44,552 bases of DNA from an uncultured Bifidobacterium sp. (GTDB lineage: Bacteria > Fibrobacterota > Fibrobacteria > UBA11236): positions 1 through 44,552 of the forward strand of contig CAZKRC010000003.1 of the NCBI GenBank assembly GCA_964555105.1, in the 5' to 3' direction. The translations under genes and the position numbers were made by a program. The stretch's first letter is position 1. Each line of letters opens with the position of its first letter. This document shows, piece by piece, positions 35,068 through 44,552 of the stretch. The notes under the pieces were generated by a model, which was given only the letters and a program-made list of their open reading frames with translations, made no database searches and had not been told where the DNA came from.

Positions 35068-35306
35068 CTTGCCATCCCCACCTCAACACCCTCTTCAACT
35101 GCCCAGCCGCACCGAAGGCACAAAACGGGCCACAAAGCGTTATTCAATCATCGGGACACCGTTTCCCACCGAGCCTAAATAACGGCTTCTTACAGGGTTA
35201 ATTGCCATTATGGCGTTATTACTTTTTAAAATGGACGTTTCCGATCACGTCTGTGTGCATCCCCCTTTAGCTACCGTTGGCATACAACCCTGAACCGGGA
35301 GACGTC

Positions 35307-36236
35307 ATGTCATTCAGCCCCTTCAAAACCCTGCCGGCGCTTGCGCTTGTCACGCTCGTCGGTTGCCTCTCCGGAAACGACGATGAGAACGGAAACGGCG
35401 GCGGCGTCAGCAACGGGAAGATCACCGTGACGGAGTCGTACACCCTGCACGAGATCATTCCTCAAAGCGAGGCCGCGCCGGGACAGCTCGTGATCGAGGG
35501 CATCGACGAATGGTGCGATGACGGCGTCCTGAAAACCGAGACATACGAATGGATCCAGAACTTCTGGGTCGAGAACAACGTCATGCTGCAGTGGGAAGAG
35601 TACGACTGCAAGGCCATGCGCCTGACCGGCGGCACGAATGGTTCCTCCCCCCTGGGCACCTGGAAATCCACCTCGCTCTACGGCGCCGACATTCCCGATG
35701 ACTTCCGCCTTCCCTTCTGCGAGGATGAAGAGGATGAAGACATCATGTTCGCTCGAGACATGGAAGTAACCCAGGTCGTCACGCAGAACAGCATCCGCAG
35801 CACGATTTCAGCGCGCGTCTGTTTTGCCGAGATGTTCGGCACCCTCATGTTCGTCGGTGATGACGAATCCGAAGGTCCCGTGCTGCAAGACGCGAGCTGC
35901 GAATCGGTCACGCTGGTCAACGACGGCAAGTCGGCCACGCTCGGCTCGAACTTCCGGAACGACAGGATCTCCTTGAGCTTCCAGCATGCCGGCTCCACCT
36001 GCAAGGCGGACTTCCCGCTCAGCTTCGCGGAGATCGGCGACCTCAACTGTTCCGAAGAGCAGGCGGAAGAGGAAGGGTACGAGGAGTTCTACACGTGCAT
36101 GTTCCAGTCCGGATTCTTCGGCGACATGGGTGACATGGGTGACATCGAGCTGGCAAAGACGGCCGCCATGGAAAAGAAGGTCGCAGGCAGCAAGATCGTC
36201 ACCGCCTTACGCAAGGCGATCCGGCGCGGGCTCTGA
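35307..36236 (+). CDS. hypothetical lipoprotein (acidic, Cys-rich)
   Basis: MSFSPFKTLPALALVTLVGCLSG contains an LVGC lipobox. GGGAGA lies upstream. GC returns to the host level here. Confidence 0.65.
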   Translation: MSFSPFKTLPALALVTLVGCLSGNDDENGNGGGVSNGKITVTESYTLHEIIPQSEAAPGQLVIEGIDEWCDDGVLKTETYEWIQNFWVENNVMLQWEEYDCKAMRLTGGTNGSSPLGTWKSTSLYGADIPDDFRLPFCEDEEDEDIMFARDMEVTQVVTQNSIRSTISARVCFAEMFGTLMFVGDDESEGPVLQDASCESVTLVNDGKSATLGSNFRNDRISLSFQHAGSTCKADFPLSFAEIGDLNCSEEQAEEEGYEEFYTCMFQSGFFGDMGDMGDIELAKTAAMEKKVAGSKIVTALRKAIRRGL

Positions 36237-36310
36237 GCCGCCCCCTGTACGATCTGGGGACATAGTTCCCCACGAGTTCGGTCCCCGGTCTCACGGCCGG
36301 CCGCGGCGGG

Positions 36311-37615
36311 GTGGAGCGGGGTTATTTTTCCCTTCCTACCCCGTACCCCGACGCCTCCGTGAGCCCAACCCCTTCCAAATCCTCTCCCCTCTGGGGCCCC
36401 GGCTGGGTCATGTTCCTCAGCTTCGCGGGTCTGTCCGCGACGCAATTCCACAGCTACCTGTTTGAGGGCAAGGGGTTCACGCCGCTCCAGATCGGGGCCC
36501 TTCTGGGCGCGGGCTACGCGGCGGGTTTGCTGGCGCCGGCCGCACAGGTGTACGCCATCCGGCGCCTGAAGGGGCCGCGCCTCCCCCTCGTTCTGGCCCT
36601 CGCGGGTGCAGGCGCGGGCATCGCGCTGCTCCCGTGGGCCGCCTCGTTCGCGCTGGTGCTCCCGATCTTTTTCCTCTCGCTGTTTTCCTCCGCGGGCATC
36701 CATCCTCTCACGGCCGCGTGCGCGCTCGAGGCCACGCGCACGCGCGGGCAGGGCACGTATTTCCTGATCCGCAGCCTGGGCACGGCGGGCTTCCTCGCCG
36801 GATGCGTCGGCAGCTACTTCCAGCCCGGCGCGGAAAAACTCGCGTGGCTCTACCTCGGGTTCGGCCTCGCGTTCTGGGCCTCCATCCCGCTCGCGCTCAC
36901 GCGCTTCCGCCCCGCCGACCCCCGCCAGGCCCCGGAGGACATCCTCGTCACGCCGCACCCGCGGCGCACCCCCGGCATGCGGCGCGCCCTGCGCCTGCTG
37001 TCCGCGCCGCGCCCCCAACGCCTGCTGTGGACTCTCGGCATCATGAACTTCGCCAACGCGATGGCCACCCTCGTGCAGGGCAATTACCTCGTCAATCGTT
37101 TCGGCCTGGGCCAGGAAGCCATCAGCTTCGCCTGGATCATCGCGACCGCGTTCGAGATCCCGTTGATGTTCCTGTGCGCAACGCTCGTGCGCCGCCACGG
37201 CCTGCGCATCGTGCTGGGTCTCGGTTTGCTGGGAACCACCCTGAAGCTTGTACTGCTGGGGCTCGCGAACGACTACACGCTGTTCCTGGCCGGTCTCGCC
37301 TTTCACGGCTGTTTCTTTTCGGGCGGCCTGGTCGGATTCAACCTGTACATCGACAAGCACTTCAAGGTCGCGGACCGCCCCTCGCTGCAATCACTGGGCG
37401 CGCTGTTCTACTCGGGCCTGCCCACCGCCCTCGGCGGGCTCACCGCCGGCCTCCTGTGGCACTTCTTCGGCTTGCGCTCGGTCTACCTGTTCACCGCCGC
37501 GGTCGGCATCGGCGTGGGGCTCTATACGCTCAGGCTTTTGCCCATGCTGCCGGGACACGCACGAAGCGGCAATGGAACAGCACAACGTCACAGCAGCACA
37601 ACATCACAGCAATAA
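36311..37615 (+). CDS. MFS transporter (MFS_1_like / HcaT-type topology)
   Basis: About 12 hydrophobic segments with FLIRSLGTAGF-type loops. Start uncertain, with GTG 36359 as the alternative. Confidence 0.7.
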   Translation: MERGYFSLPTPYPDASVSPTPSKSSPLWGPGWVMFLSFAGLSATQFHSYLFEGKGFTPLQIGALLGAGYAAGLLAPAAQVYAIRRLKGPRLPLVLALAGAGAGIALLPWAASFALVLPIFFLSLFSSAGIHPLTAACALEATRTRGQGTYFLIRSLGTAGFLAGCVGSYFQPGAEKLAWLYLGFGLAFWASIPLALTRFRPADPRQAPEDILVTPHPRRTPGMRRALRLLSAPRPQRLLWTLGIMNFANAMATLVQGNYLVNRFGLGQEAISFAWIIATAFEIPLMFLCATLVRRHGLRIVLGLGLLGTTLKLVLLGLANDYTLFLAGLAFHGCFFSGGLVGFNLYIDKHFKVADRPSLQSLGALFYSGLPTALGGLTAGLLWHFFGLRSVYLFTAAVGIGVGLYTLRLLPMLPGHARSGNGTAQRHSSTTSQQ

Positions 37616-37917
37616 ACACAAAGCGACAGCGTTCCATCAACGGCGCTGTACGGAATTGCGCGGCGGATACCAATCAGCCTGACTTCGCATCCAGCCTTCA
37701 CGTCTCAGGCTCGAAGAGCGGGAAGCCCCCTGCGTTCTTCTGCTGTGATGTTGTGATGTCCCCGAGCACTGCCGAGGCATGAGGGCGCGGAGCAGCGAAT
37801 CATGCTCAATGCTCAATAAAACATAACGCACTGTGAATCAGCGATCACGGCACTAATGACATCTACCGCAGCTGCCCGCTACACTGCTGTGCTGCTGTAC
37901 TGCTGTACTGCTCTACC
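37576..37917. repeat. CACAGCAGCACAAC / GTACAGCAG microsatellite arms in inverted orientation (three blocks)
   Basis: Left block 37576-37630 overlaps the MFS stop. The 37737-37760 reverse complement, gacatcacaacatcacagcagaag, shares a 15-nt exact match. The 37879-37917 reverse complement is ggtagagcagtacagcagtacagcagcacagcagtgtag. Confidence 0.75.
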
Positions 37918-38269
37918 TTCCCCACACCTCCCCGAACCCCGCTTCGTCAAACCCCACCGTGGCCTTCGCGCCGTCGGTCACCAACGGCCTTTTGATCAAG
38001 CGGCCGTTGCCCGCGAGCAATTCCAGCGCCTGGGCATCGGTCAGCGTCGGCAACGTGTCCTTGATGTTCAGCAGCTTGTACTGCTCGCCGCTGGTATTGA
38101 ACAATTTCTTCAGCGGCACGCCCGACTGCTCGAGGATTTTTTTGAGCGCGGTTTTGGAGGGCGGATCCGCCGTGATGTCGCGGAAGGTGTATGGGACGCC
38201 CTTGGCTTCGAGGGCTTTTTCCGCCTTGCGGCAGGTGGAGCATTTCTTGTAGCCGTAAAAAGTGGTCAT
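37913..38269 (-). CDS. ArsC/Spx/YffB-family thioredoxin-fold protein
   Basis: MTTFYGYKKCSTCRKAEKAL...RLIKRPLV is the typical family signature. Confidence 0.8.
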   Translation of the reverse strand: MTTFYGYKKCSTCRKAEKALEAKGVPYTFRDITADPPSKTALKKILEQSGVPLKKLFNTSGEQYKLLNIKDTLPTLTDAQALELLAGNGRLIKRPLVTDGAKATVGFDEAGFGEVWGR

Positions 38270-38391
38270 GGAGGAAAAGTAATAGGCGAGGCAACCGGGT
38301 CCGGGAAGACGGCGGACGTTGCCTTGGTTTGGCTTTCCCCAAAAGATCCTGTTCTCGTAGCAGGATTGTTGGTTTGGCGATAGATTAGACT

Positions 38392-39648
38392 ATGTCTAAA
38401 GCATCGGCACTTGCATTTATAACACTAGGGCTCACCTCTCTCACGGTGGCGCAACCGGGGTACGTCAGCCCTCTCACCGGTTCACTGAACACGCATGACC
38501 CTGTGATGATCAAGCAGGACAGCGTCTATTATCTGTTCCACACCGGGAACGGCGTTCCGATCAAGACCTCCATAAACCGGCTGCAGTGGGACAACGGATC
38601 GCCCTCAAGCGTGTACACCAGCGCCCCGGCATGGCACGCCGCATTCCGCAACTCCATCGACAGCTGGGCGCCTGCCATCTCCCACTGGGGCGGGAAGTAC
38701 TGGCTGTACTACTCCCTCTCGAACTTCGGATCGCGCGTTTCGGCCATCGGCCTGCGTACGAACACCACCCTCCACCCCTCCGACACGGCCTATCGTTGGG
38801 TCGACCATGGCATGGTGGTGTGCACCCACAACGTCCCCACCACGGCACCGGACTGCTTTTTGGCTCCCACGACCAGCGTCAACAGCACCGACACCGCCGC
38901 GTTCAACGCCATCGACCCCGACGTCGTGTTGGACAGTACCGGAACTCCCTGGCTGAGTTGGGGCTCTTTCGGCGCGGGGATCCAGATCATACGCTTGAAC
39001 CCCCTGACGGGAAAGCCCGATACGGGCGAGCAACCCCGCACCATCGCGCACCGCTATACGACGTCGAGCGCGAGCGGCAACGGGTATGAACGATCCATCG
39101 AAGCACCGGTGATCTCGCGCCGCAATGGTTGGTATTACTTGTGGTATTCGCACGACCGTTGCTGCGCGGGCACGATGAGCACCTACAAGATCATGGTGAC
39201 CCGCTCCCGCGACGTGACGGGGCCTTATGTCGACAAGACAGGAAACCCCGCACATCCGCCCTTCCGTGCGGAGGGAGCCATCTCGGGTAACTGGCAAACC
39301 GCCAACGCCGGCACGCTCGTATCGCAAGGAGACGCGACGAACTGGTACGCTACGGGGCACAACGATATTTTCGTGGAGAACGACACGACCTTTCTGGTGA
39401 ATCACGGATACATCCGAAACGGCGGGCAAACGCGCCTGATGATCCGACCGCTTTATTGGGACTCCACGGGATGGCCCACACTCGACTCCACGCAAGGACA
39501 CGTGACGTCGCTCGCCGGCAAGTACTCCGCGCTGCCACCCCGCGTGCAACGCACGATGAAGGGCCTGTGGATTCCCTGGAACGGCTCCCTGAGGGACGTT
39601 CAGGGAAGAAGCCGCACCCGATTCCGGCCCAGCGAGCCGACACAATAA
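38392..39648 (+). CDS. secreted glycoside hydrolase family 43 (endo-arabinanase-like)
   Basis: Signal peptide. HDPVMIKQDSVYYLFHTG, WAPAISHWGGKYWLYYS, NAIDPDVV and IEAPVISRRNGWYYLWYSHDRCC are five-bladed propeller GH43 motifs. Confidence 0.8.
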   Translation: MSKASALAFITLGLTSLTVAQPGYVSPLTGSLNTHDPVMIKQDSVYYLFHTGNGVPIKTSINRLQWDNGSPSSVYTSAPAWHAAFRNSIDSWAPAISHWGGKYWLYYSLSNFGSRVSAIGLRTNTTLHPSDTAYRWVDHGMVVCTHNVPTTAPDCFLAPTTSVNSTDTAAFNAIDPDVVLDSTGTPWLSWGSFGAGIQIIRLNPLTGKPDTGEQPRTIAHRYTTSSASGNGYERSIEAPVISRRNGWYYLWYSHDRCCAGTMSTYKIMVTRSRDVTGPYVDKTGNPAHPPFRAEGAISGNWQTANAGTLVSQGDATNWYATGHNDIFVENDTTFLVNHGYIRNGGQTRLMIRPLYWDSTGWPTLDSTQGHVTSLAGKYSALPPRVQRTMKGLWIPWNGSLRDVQGRSRTRFRPSEPTQ

Positions 39649-39759
39649 CCGAAGTGCGTGCACGCGCGTTCATGACGATCCGAAAATATTGATCCTCCCG
39701 CGTGACGACCGTCACGCGTTGCCCGTAAAAGAGGGCCGGGGCCGATTACACTGTGGGTC

Positions 39760-40560
39760 ATGAACACTTCACGTCCCATCCCCTACGTGTTGACGAACTT
39801 CACGGAACCCGCAACCTCGACGGGCTCGACCGAAGGCCCGCCCGCGCCCATTGCACCCCCAGCGCCCCACACGCCCTCCTTGCTCAGGTCGATCGATCCC
39901 GAGTCGTGGCCGCGCGAGAAAATGGGACACGAGGGCGCAGGCGCCTTGAGCAACCAGGAGTTGCTCGCGGTGCTGTTCGGGCGCGGCCAGAAGGGCAAGG
40001 ACGTGCTCACGCTTGCGGCCGAAGTCACCTTGTATCTCGAGCGCGTCACGGAAATGCCGACGCTTCCCGAACTGACGCACATTCACGGCATCGGCCACGT
40101 CAAGGCGTGCCAGGTGCTCGCCGCGCTCGAACTCTCGCGCCGCTTCCTCACGCGCAGCCACCGCGCGCGCATCCGCAAAGCGTCCGACGCCCTGCCCCAC
40201 CTCGCGTCGTTGCGCGGGCGGCGCCAGGAGTGCTTCATGGTGCTGACCCTCGACGGCAGCCATCAGGTCATCCAGGCGCATGAAGTCACCGTCGGCCTCG
40301 CCAACCAAAGCCAGGTCCACCCGCGCGAAACCTTCGCCTGTGCGCTGGAGGACCGCGCCGTGGGCATCATGATCGCGCACAACCACCCCAGCGGTTCCCT
40401 GGACCCTTCGACGGACGACCTGGCCGTCACGCGTCGCCTGGCCGAAGCCGGGCGCATGCTGGGCATTCCCCTGCTCGACCACCTGATCGTGACGACGGAA
40501 GGATACACCTCGCTACGGGAGCGGTACCCGGATTATTTCGTGGGTTCCCGGAATGCGTAA
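39760..40560 (+). CDS. radC: RadC-family JAB-domain protein
   Basis: PREK...LSNQELLAVLFGRG, a helix-hairpin-helix GIGHVKACQVLAALEL, and the JAMM motif HNHPSG. Confidence 0.8.
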   Translation: MNTSRPIPYVLTNFTEPATSTGSTEGPPAPIAPPAPHTPSLLRSIDPESWPREKMGHEGAGALSNQELLAVLFGRGQKGKDVLTLAAEVTLYLERVTEMPTLPELTHIHGIGHVKACQVLAALELSRRFLTRSHRARIRKASDALPHLASLRGRRQECFMVLTLDGSHQVIQAHEVTVGLANQSQVHPRETFACALEDRAVGIMIAHNHPSGSLDPSTDDLAVTRRLAEAGRMLGIPLLDHLIVTTEGYTSLRERYPDYFVGSRNA

Positions 40561-40561
40561 T

Positions 40562-40597
40562 CCTGTTGTTTTTGCGGCTTTCAGCCTTGAAAACAGG
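40562..40597 (+). terminator. nested hairpin after radC
   Basis: CCTGTTgttttt gc GGCT ttc AGCC ttgaaAACAGG. Confidence 0.4.
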
Positions 40598-40772
40598 CGC
40601 CTGATGCGGGAAGGACAAGGCCCCCACCCCGTGCCCTGACAACCCGGAGGCCCACCGAACCGGGCCCCTGAGCACAGGACGTCCCGGGAAGTCATCCGGC
40701 GAAGGGGCCCATACCCCCCCACCTCAATAGTTCCTAAATTTCTTCTCTTCCTTCTTTTTCGGGACACGTGCA

Positions 40773-42668
40773 ATGAGAAAATGGCGTATTGAGGATTCGG
40801 CCGAGCTGTACAACACGCGCGGCTGGGGGATCGGTTACTTCGGCATCAACGAAAAGGGCAACGCGACGGTGGCGCCCTTGCGTGAACGGGGGCCGGCCAT
40901 CGACCTCAAGGACATCATGGATGAGCTGGCGCTGCGCGACACCAACGCGCCGGTGCTGCTGCGCTTTCCCGACATCCTCGACAACCGCATCGAGAAAATC
41001 TCCCAGTGCTTCGACAAGGCCGGACGCGAGTTCGGCTTCAAGGCCAAGGCGTTCAACGTTTATCCCATCAAGGTGAACCAGCAGCGTCCCGTCCTCGAAG
41101 AGATGGTGCGGCACGGCAAGAAGTTCAACATCGGCCTTGAGGCGGGCTCCAAGCCCGAGCTGCATGCGGTGCTGTCCATCATGGACAACCCCGAGTCGCT
41201 GATCATCTGCAACGGCTACAAGGACGCCGAGTTCATCGAGCTCGCCCTGCTGGCCCAGAAGATGGGCAAGCGCATCTTCATCGTGGTGGAAAAACTCAAC
41301 GAACTGAAGCTGATCCGCGACGTGTCGCGGGCGCTGAACGTGCGCCCCAACATCGGGATGCGCGTCAAGCTGGCGAGCTCGGGGAGCGGCAAGTGGGAAG
41401 AGAGCGGTGGCGACCAGAGCAAGTTCGGCCTCAATTCGTCCGAGCTTCTGGAGGCCGTGGAGTTCGCGCAGTCCGAAGGTTTGGGCGACTGCCTGCGCCT
41501 GATCCACTTCCACCTGGGCAGTCAGATCACCAACATCCGCAAGATCAAGTCGGGCCTGCGCGAGGCCGCGCAGTTCTACGTGCAGCTGCGCCGCATGGGC
41601 GTGCCGGTGGACTTCGTGGACGTGGGCGGCGGCCTCGGCGTGGACTACGACGGCACGCGCAGCGCGAACGCCAACAGTGTGAACTACAGCATCCAGGAAT
41701 ACGCCAACGACGTGGTGTATTCCATGGTGAGCGCGGCCGACAAGGCTGACCTCCCCCACCCCAACGTGGTGGCCGAATCGGGCCGCGCGCTCACCGCACA
41801 CCACTCGGTGCTGGTGTTCAACGTGCTGGAAACCACCGCGCTGCCGCTGTGGAACGAGCAGGACTACCCGGTGAGCGAGAACGACCCCGAGGCCCTGCGC
41901 GAACTGCACGCCATTTTCCGCAACCTGTCCAACAACGGGCTTCTCGAAGCCTGGCATGACGCGTTGCAGATCCGCGAGGACGTGCTCGACGGTTTCAACC
42001 TCGGACTGTTCGACCTGAAAACGCGCGCCGTCGCCGAACGCCTGTTCTGGAGCATCGCGCACAAACTGCACCGCCTCGCGGGCAGCATGAAGAACCCGCC
42101 CTTCGAGTTGCAGAACCTCTCGAAGCTGCTGGCGGAGAAGTATTTCTGCAACTTCTCGCTGTTCCAGTCCCTCCCCGACGCCTGGGCCATCGACCAGATC
42201 TTCCCGATCATGCCGATCCAGCGCCTGAACGAAGAGCCCACGACCCTGGCCACCCTGCAGGACATCACCTGCGACTCCGACGGCCAGATCGACCACTTCA
42301 TCCATTCGGGCGAACTGTCGCGCAGCTTGCCGCTGCACCCGCTCAAGGACGGGGAATCGTACTACCTCGGCGCGTATCTCGTGGGGGCCTACCAGGAAAT
42401 CCTGGGCGACTTGCACAACCTGTTCGGCGACACCAACGCCGTGCACGTGGTGGTCGACAAGGACGGATACCGCATCGAACAGGTACTCGACGGCGAGTCG
42501 GTCGCCGACGTGCTCGACTACGTGCAGTACTCGGCGAAGAAGCTCGTCCGCGACATGGAAACCTGGGTCTCCGCCTCCGTCAAGGAAGGCAAGATCACCT
42601 TGCAGGAAGGCAAGGAGTTTTTGGCGAACTACCGCTCGGGGCTGTACGGTTACACGTATCTGGAGTAG
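40773..42668 (+). CDS. speA: biosynthetic arginine decarboxylase
   Basis: MRKWRIEDSAELYNTRGWGIGYFGINEKGN N-terminus; YPIKVNQ PLP-lysine block; 631 aa. Confidence 0.9.
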   Translation: MRKWRIEDSAELYNTRGWGIGYFGINEKGNATVAPLRERGPAIDLKDIMDELALRDTNAPVLLRFPDILDNRIEKISQCFDKAGREFGFKAKAFNVYPIKVNQQRPVLEEMVRHGKKFNIGLEAGSKPELHAVLSIMDNPESLIICNGYKDAEFIELALLAQKMGKRIFIVVEKLNELKLIRDVSRALNVRPNIGMRVKLASSGSGKWEESGGDQSKFGLNSSELLEAVEFAQSEGLGDCLRLIHFHLGSQITNIRKIKSGLREAAQFYVQLRRMGVPVDFVDVGGGLGVDYDGTRSANANSVNYSIQEYANDVVYSMVSAADKADLPHPNVVAESGRALTAHHSVLVFNVLETTALPLWNEQDYPVSENDPEALRELHAIFRNLSNNGLLEAWHDALQIREDVLDGFNLGLFDLKTRAVAERLFWSIAHKLHRLAGSMKNPPFELQNLSKLLAEKYFCNFSLFQSLPDAWAIDQIFPIMPIQRLNEEPTTLATLQDITCDSDGQIDHFIHSGELSRSLPLHPLKDGESYYLGAYLVGAYQEILGDLHNLFGDTNAVHVVVDKDGYRIEQVLDGESVADVLDYVQYSAKKLVRDMETWVSASVKEGKITLQEGKEFLANYRSGLYGYTYLE

Positions 42669-42674
42669 GAGGGC

Positions 42675-42869
42675 ATCACGACAGCACAGCATCACAGCAG
42701 CACAACAGTAGAACACAGGGCTGCGCGCGCTTTAAGCCTGGAGCGTGAGGCTAGGGGGGGCGTGCAGTCAGTCCGACCCGCACCAGCCGCATGATTTCGC
42801 ACAGCCGTTGATCCAACGCTCTCGTTTTTGTCTTTACTCCTATACCGTTGTGCTGCCGTGCTGTTCCCT
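42675..42869. repeat. inverted CAGCAGCACAAC-type arms around an about 120-nt spacer between convergent genes
   Basis: The left arm contains atcacagcagcacaacagtag. The reverse complement of the right arm is gaacagcacggcagcacaacggtat. Confidence 0.75.
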
Positions 42870-42879
42870 TGCCGTCTTC

Positions 42880-43953
42880 TCAGTCCGCGAGCAACCCGAT
42901 CACCATCAGGGTGGCCAGCGTGATGCCGGTGTAGCCCCAGAAGCCGAGCCCGTCGTTGTTCCGGGCTCCCTTGTTGCCCTTGTCGCGGTCGCGGAAGCTC
43001 ACGCCCACGTCGATGGCGGGACCGTGATCGATGTCCGAGTTGAAGATCACCTGGTACTGGCCGCGCAGCATGACGTTGACGTCGTAGGTGCGGAACAACA
43101 TCATGCCGCCCTGCACGTTCACGGCCGGGCCCGAATTGCGCTTGTTGTCGTCGCCGTCGATGCCTTCATCGCCCCGGACGTAGTGCAACCCCAGGCCACC
43201 GCCGACGAAAGGCGTGAAATCGCTCCGGTTCAGCATGTAACGCAGGCTGATATCCGCGCCGATGGCGTACGGCGTGGACCACACCAGGTCCGCTCCCAGG
43301 ACGAAGTCGTTGCGGAACTCCCAGCTGTTCAACCACGTCAGGCGCACCATCTGGTCGTAACCATGGCGCTTCCTGTCGGGCGGATACACATAGGGGCTTT
43401 CAGAGAGATAGGTGAAGCTGTGGCCCACCGGGAACAGGTAACCGAGCGCCACGCCCGCTTGGTACAAGCTGCGGCGACGCGACGGATCCTCTTCCGCCTC
43501 CCTCGCCGTGATGTTGTCGAGCGAGGCCACCTGTTCTGTGTTGCGGCGCGTCACCAGGGCGTCCGCCATGCGTACGGAAAGCGCCTCCAGATCCTCCACC
43601 GACGTCGCCGTCAGCCGCTGGCTGAACGGGACGCCGCCCTCGGTCTCCAGAATGGTCGCGACGAAAATCCAGCGCGCCCCCAACCTGTGGAGGGTCGCCT
43701 GGACGACGGCATCGGCACCTGCGGCCTGGGCGGCCGCCAGCGCGCACGCGCGGTCCTCGCAGGCCGCCGTGCCGGCGGTCACCTGGTCGGGAGAGCGGTC
43801 CTCAAAGGCGTGCACGAACAGAAGGTTGACCGCGGAGTGATCCGCGGCCGAAAGCTCCGTGGCGGACACGGGAAGAACCAGCAGCGTCCGGCCCACGGAC
43901 GGAAGAGCCAACAACAAGAGCGGGACAGCGGCGCGCAATAAGCGTAAGGACAT
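42880..43953 (-). CDS. hypothetical secreted protein with a C-terminal hydrophobic anchor
   Basis: Start at [21 protein letters not shown], a signal peptide. The beta-rich middle is followed by C-terminal [21 protein letters not shown]. Confidence 0.55.
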   Translation of the reverse strand: MSLRLLRAAVPLLLLALPSVGRTLLVLPVSATELSAADHSAVNLLFVHAFEDRSPDQVTAGTAACEDRACALAAAQAAGADAVVQATLHRLGARWIFVATILETEGGVPFSQRLTATSVEDLEALSVRMADALVTRRNTEQVASLDNITAREAEEDPSRRRSLYQAGVALGYLFPVGHSFTYLSESPYVYPPDRKRHGYDQMVRLTWLNSWEFRNDFVLGADLVWSTPYAIGADISLRYMLNRSDFTPFVGGGLGLHYVRGDEGIDGDDNKRNSGPAVNVQGGMMLFRTYDVNVMLRGQYQVIFNSDIDHGPAIDVGVSFRDRDKGNKGARNNDGLGFWGYTGITLATLMVIGLLAD

Positions 43954-44071
43954 ATGTTCCTGCGAAGAAAGGGGGTTCGAAAACAATTTCGAACATCACC
44001 AAAACGTACACAATCGGAAACCACCCCGTGAAACGCGGGCGTTCCCCTGCCCGATTCCTACTTTTTCAGGC

Positions 44072-44552
44072 ATGTCGCCCCATCAACCCCTGTTTGAAAC
44101 CGCCCCCGACGCCACCCCCTACCGCCTGCTGACGAAGGATTTCGTCCGGATTGAAAAGGTGGGAGGACGTGAGTTGCTGGTGGTGGAGCGCGAGGGACTC
44201 GCGGGCTTGGCGCGGGAAGCCTTGCGCGACGTCAACTTTTACTTCCGTCCCGGGCATCTGGGCCAACTCCGCGCCATCCTCGAAGATCCCGAAGCCTCGG
44301 ACAACGACCGCTTCGTGGCCATGACCGAGCTCCGCAACGCGGTGGTGGCCGCACAGGGACAACTCCCTTCGTGTCAGGACACCGGCACCGCCACCGTAGT
44401 CGCGAAGAAAGGGCAGTCGGTGTGGACCGGCTTCGACGATGAAGCCGCCATCGCTGAAGGCATCTCCCGCGCCTATCGGGAAGAGAACCTGCGTTACTCG
44501 CAGATGGCGCCGCTCGCCATGTTCGAGGAAAAGAACACCGGCAACAACCTGC
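44072..44552 (+). CDS. class I (Fe-S) fumarate hydratase, N-terminal part (runs off the window)
   Basis: My translation reads [20 protein letters not shown]...[19 protein letters not shown]. The CQDTGTA cluster-ligand motif is diagnostic. No stop in the window, so it is absent from the ORF track. Confidence 0.8.
   Translation, partial: MSPHQPLFETAPDATPYRLLTKDFVRIEKVGGRELLVVEREGLAGLAREALRDVNFYFRPGHLGQLRAILEDPEASDNDRFVAMTELRNAVVAAQGQLPSCQDTGTATVVAKKGQSVWTGFDDEAAIAEGISRAYREENLRYSQMAPLAMFEEKNTGNNL

Noticed and set aside
35177-35221. Possible sixth attC closing a fic/HNH-recQ cassette (AAATAAC...GTTATTA)
   Set aside because: It is only 45 bp. The R' is off-consensus. Its R'' does not complement the TTCTCC left at the end of the array; the expected GGAGAAC occurs only inside fic at 32602. 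I treat it as a chance inverted repeat near the island edge, though a covariance-model scan would settle it.

Overview
High-GC bacterial chromosomal segment, judged by eye at roughly two-thirds G+C. Long antisense shadow ORFs run opposite almost every real gene. Domain calls rest on motif recognition only, with no database search. Core genes, left to right: a partial GT4 glycosyltransferase; a three-gene secreted carbohydrate-esterase operon (alpha/beta hydrolase, tandem SGNH hydrolase, CE4 deacetylase); RNase R; a CobS-like membrane protein; a Dabb protein; a second GT4; a beta-propeller sensor-domain protein; nrdAB with tandem NrdR boxes; a divergent secreted-protein/Omp85-like pair; queE-queC; a Cys-less flavoprotein oxidoreductase; icd plus a citrate-synthase-family gene. 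Right of the accessory region: a lipoprotein, an MFS transporter, an ArsC/Spx-family protein, a GH43 arabinanase, radC, speA, a secreted/anchored hypothetical and a partial class I fumarate hydratase. The centre, about 25.2-35.3 kb, is accessory and visibly lower in GC. It holds a complete integron at 25513-31537: an IntI-type integrase with an N-terminal extension, a candidate attI and Pc promoter, and five promoterless cassettes carrying seven ORFs, bounded by five attC sites. Four of the five cassette boundaries pass a 7/7 R''/R' complementarity test. Two cassettes are two-gene modules of unknown function: a TM protein plus a small soluble protein, and a wHTH-DUF4145/HEPN-like protein plus a partner. 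One cassette is a stand-alone HNH nuclease and two encode lipoproteins. Directly downstream is a class-II Fic protein preceded by twin palindromes, followed by an HNH-RecQ helicase fusion. The two-gene cassettes and the Fic/HNH-RecQ module are the best candidates for an undescribed defence-like or toxin-like system. The whole integron sits between two diverged copies of a 71-aa two-TM membrane-protein gene. Several core intergenic regions carry unusual short tandem repeats and inverted CAGCAG-type microsatellite arms that standard features do not explain. No tRNA, rRNA or CRISPR array was found.
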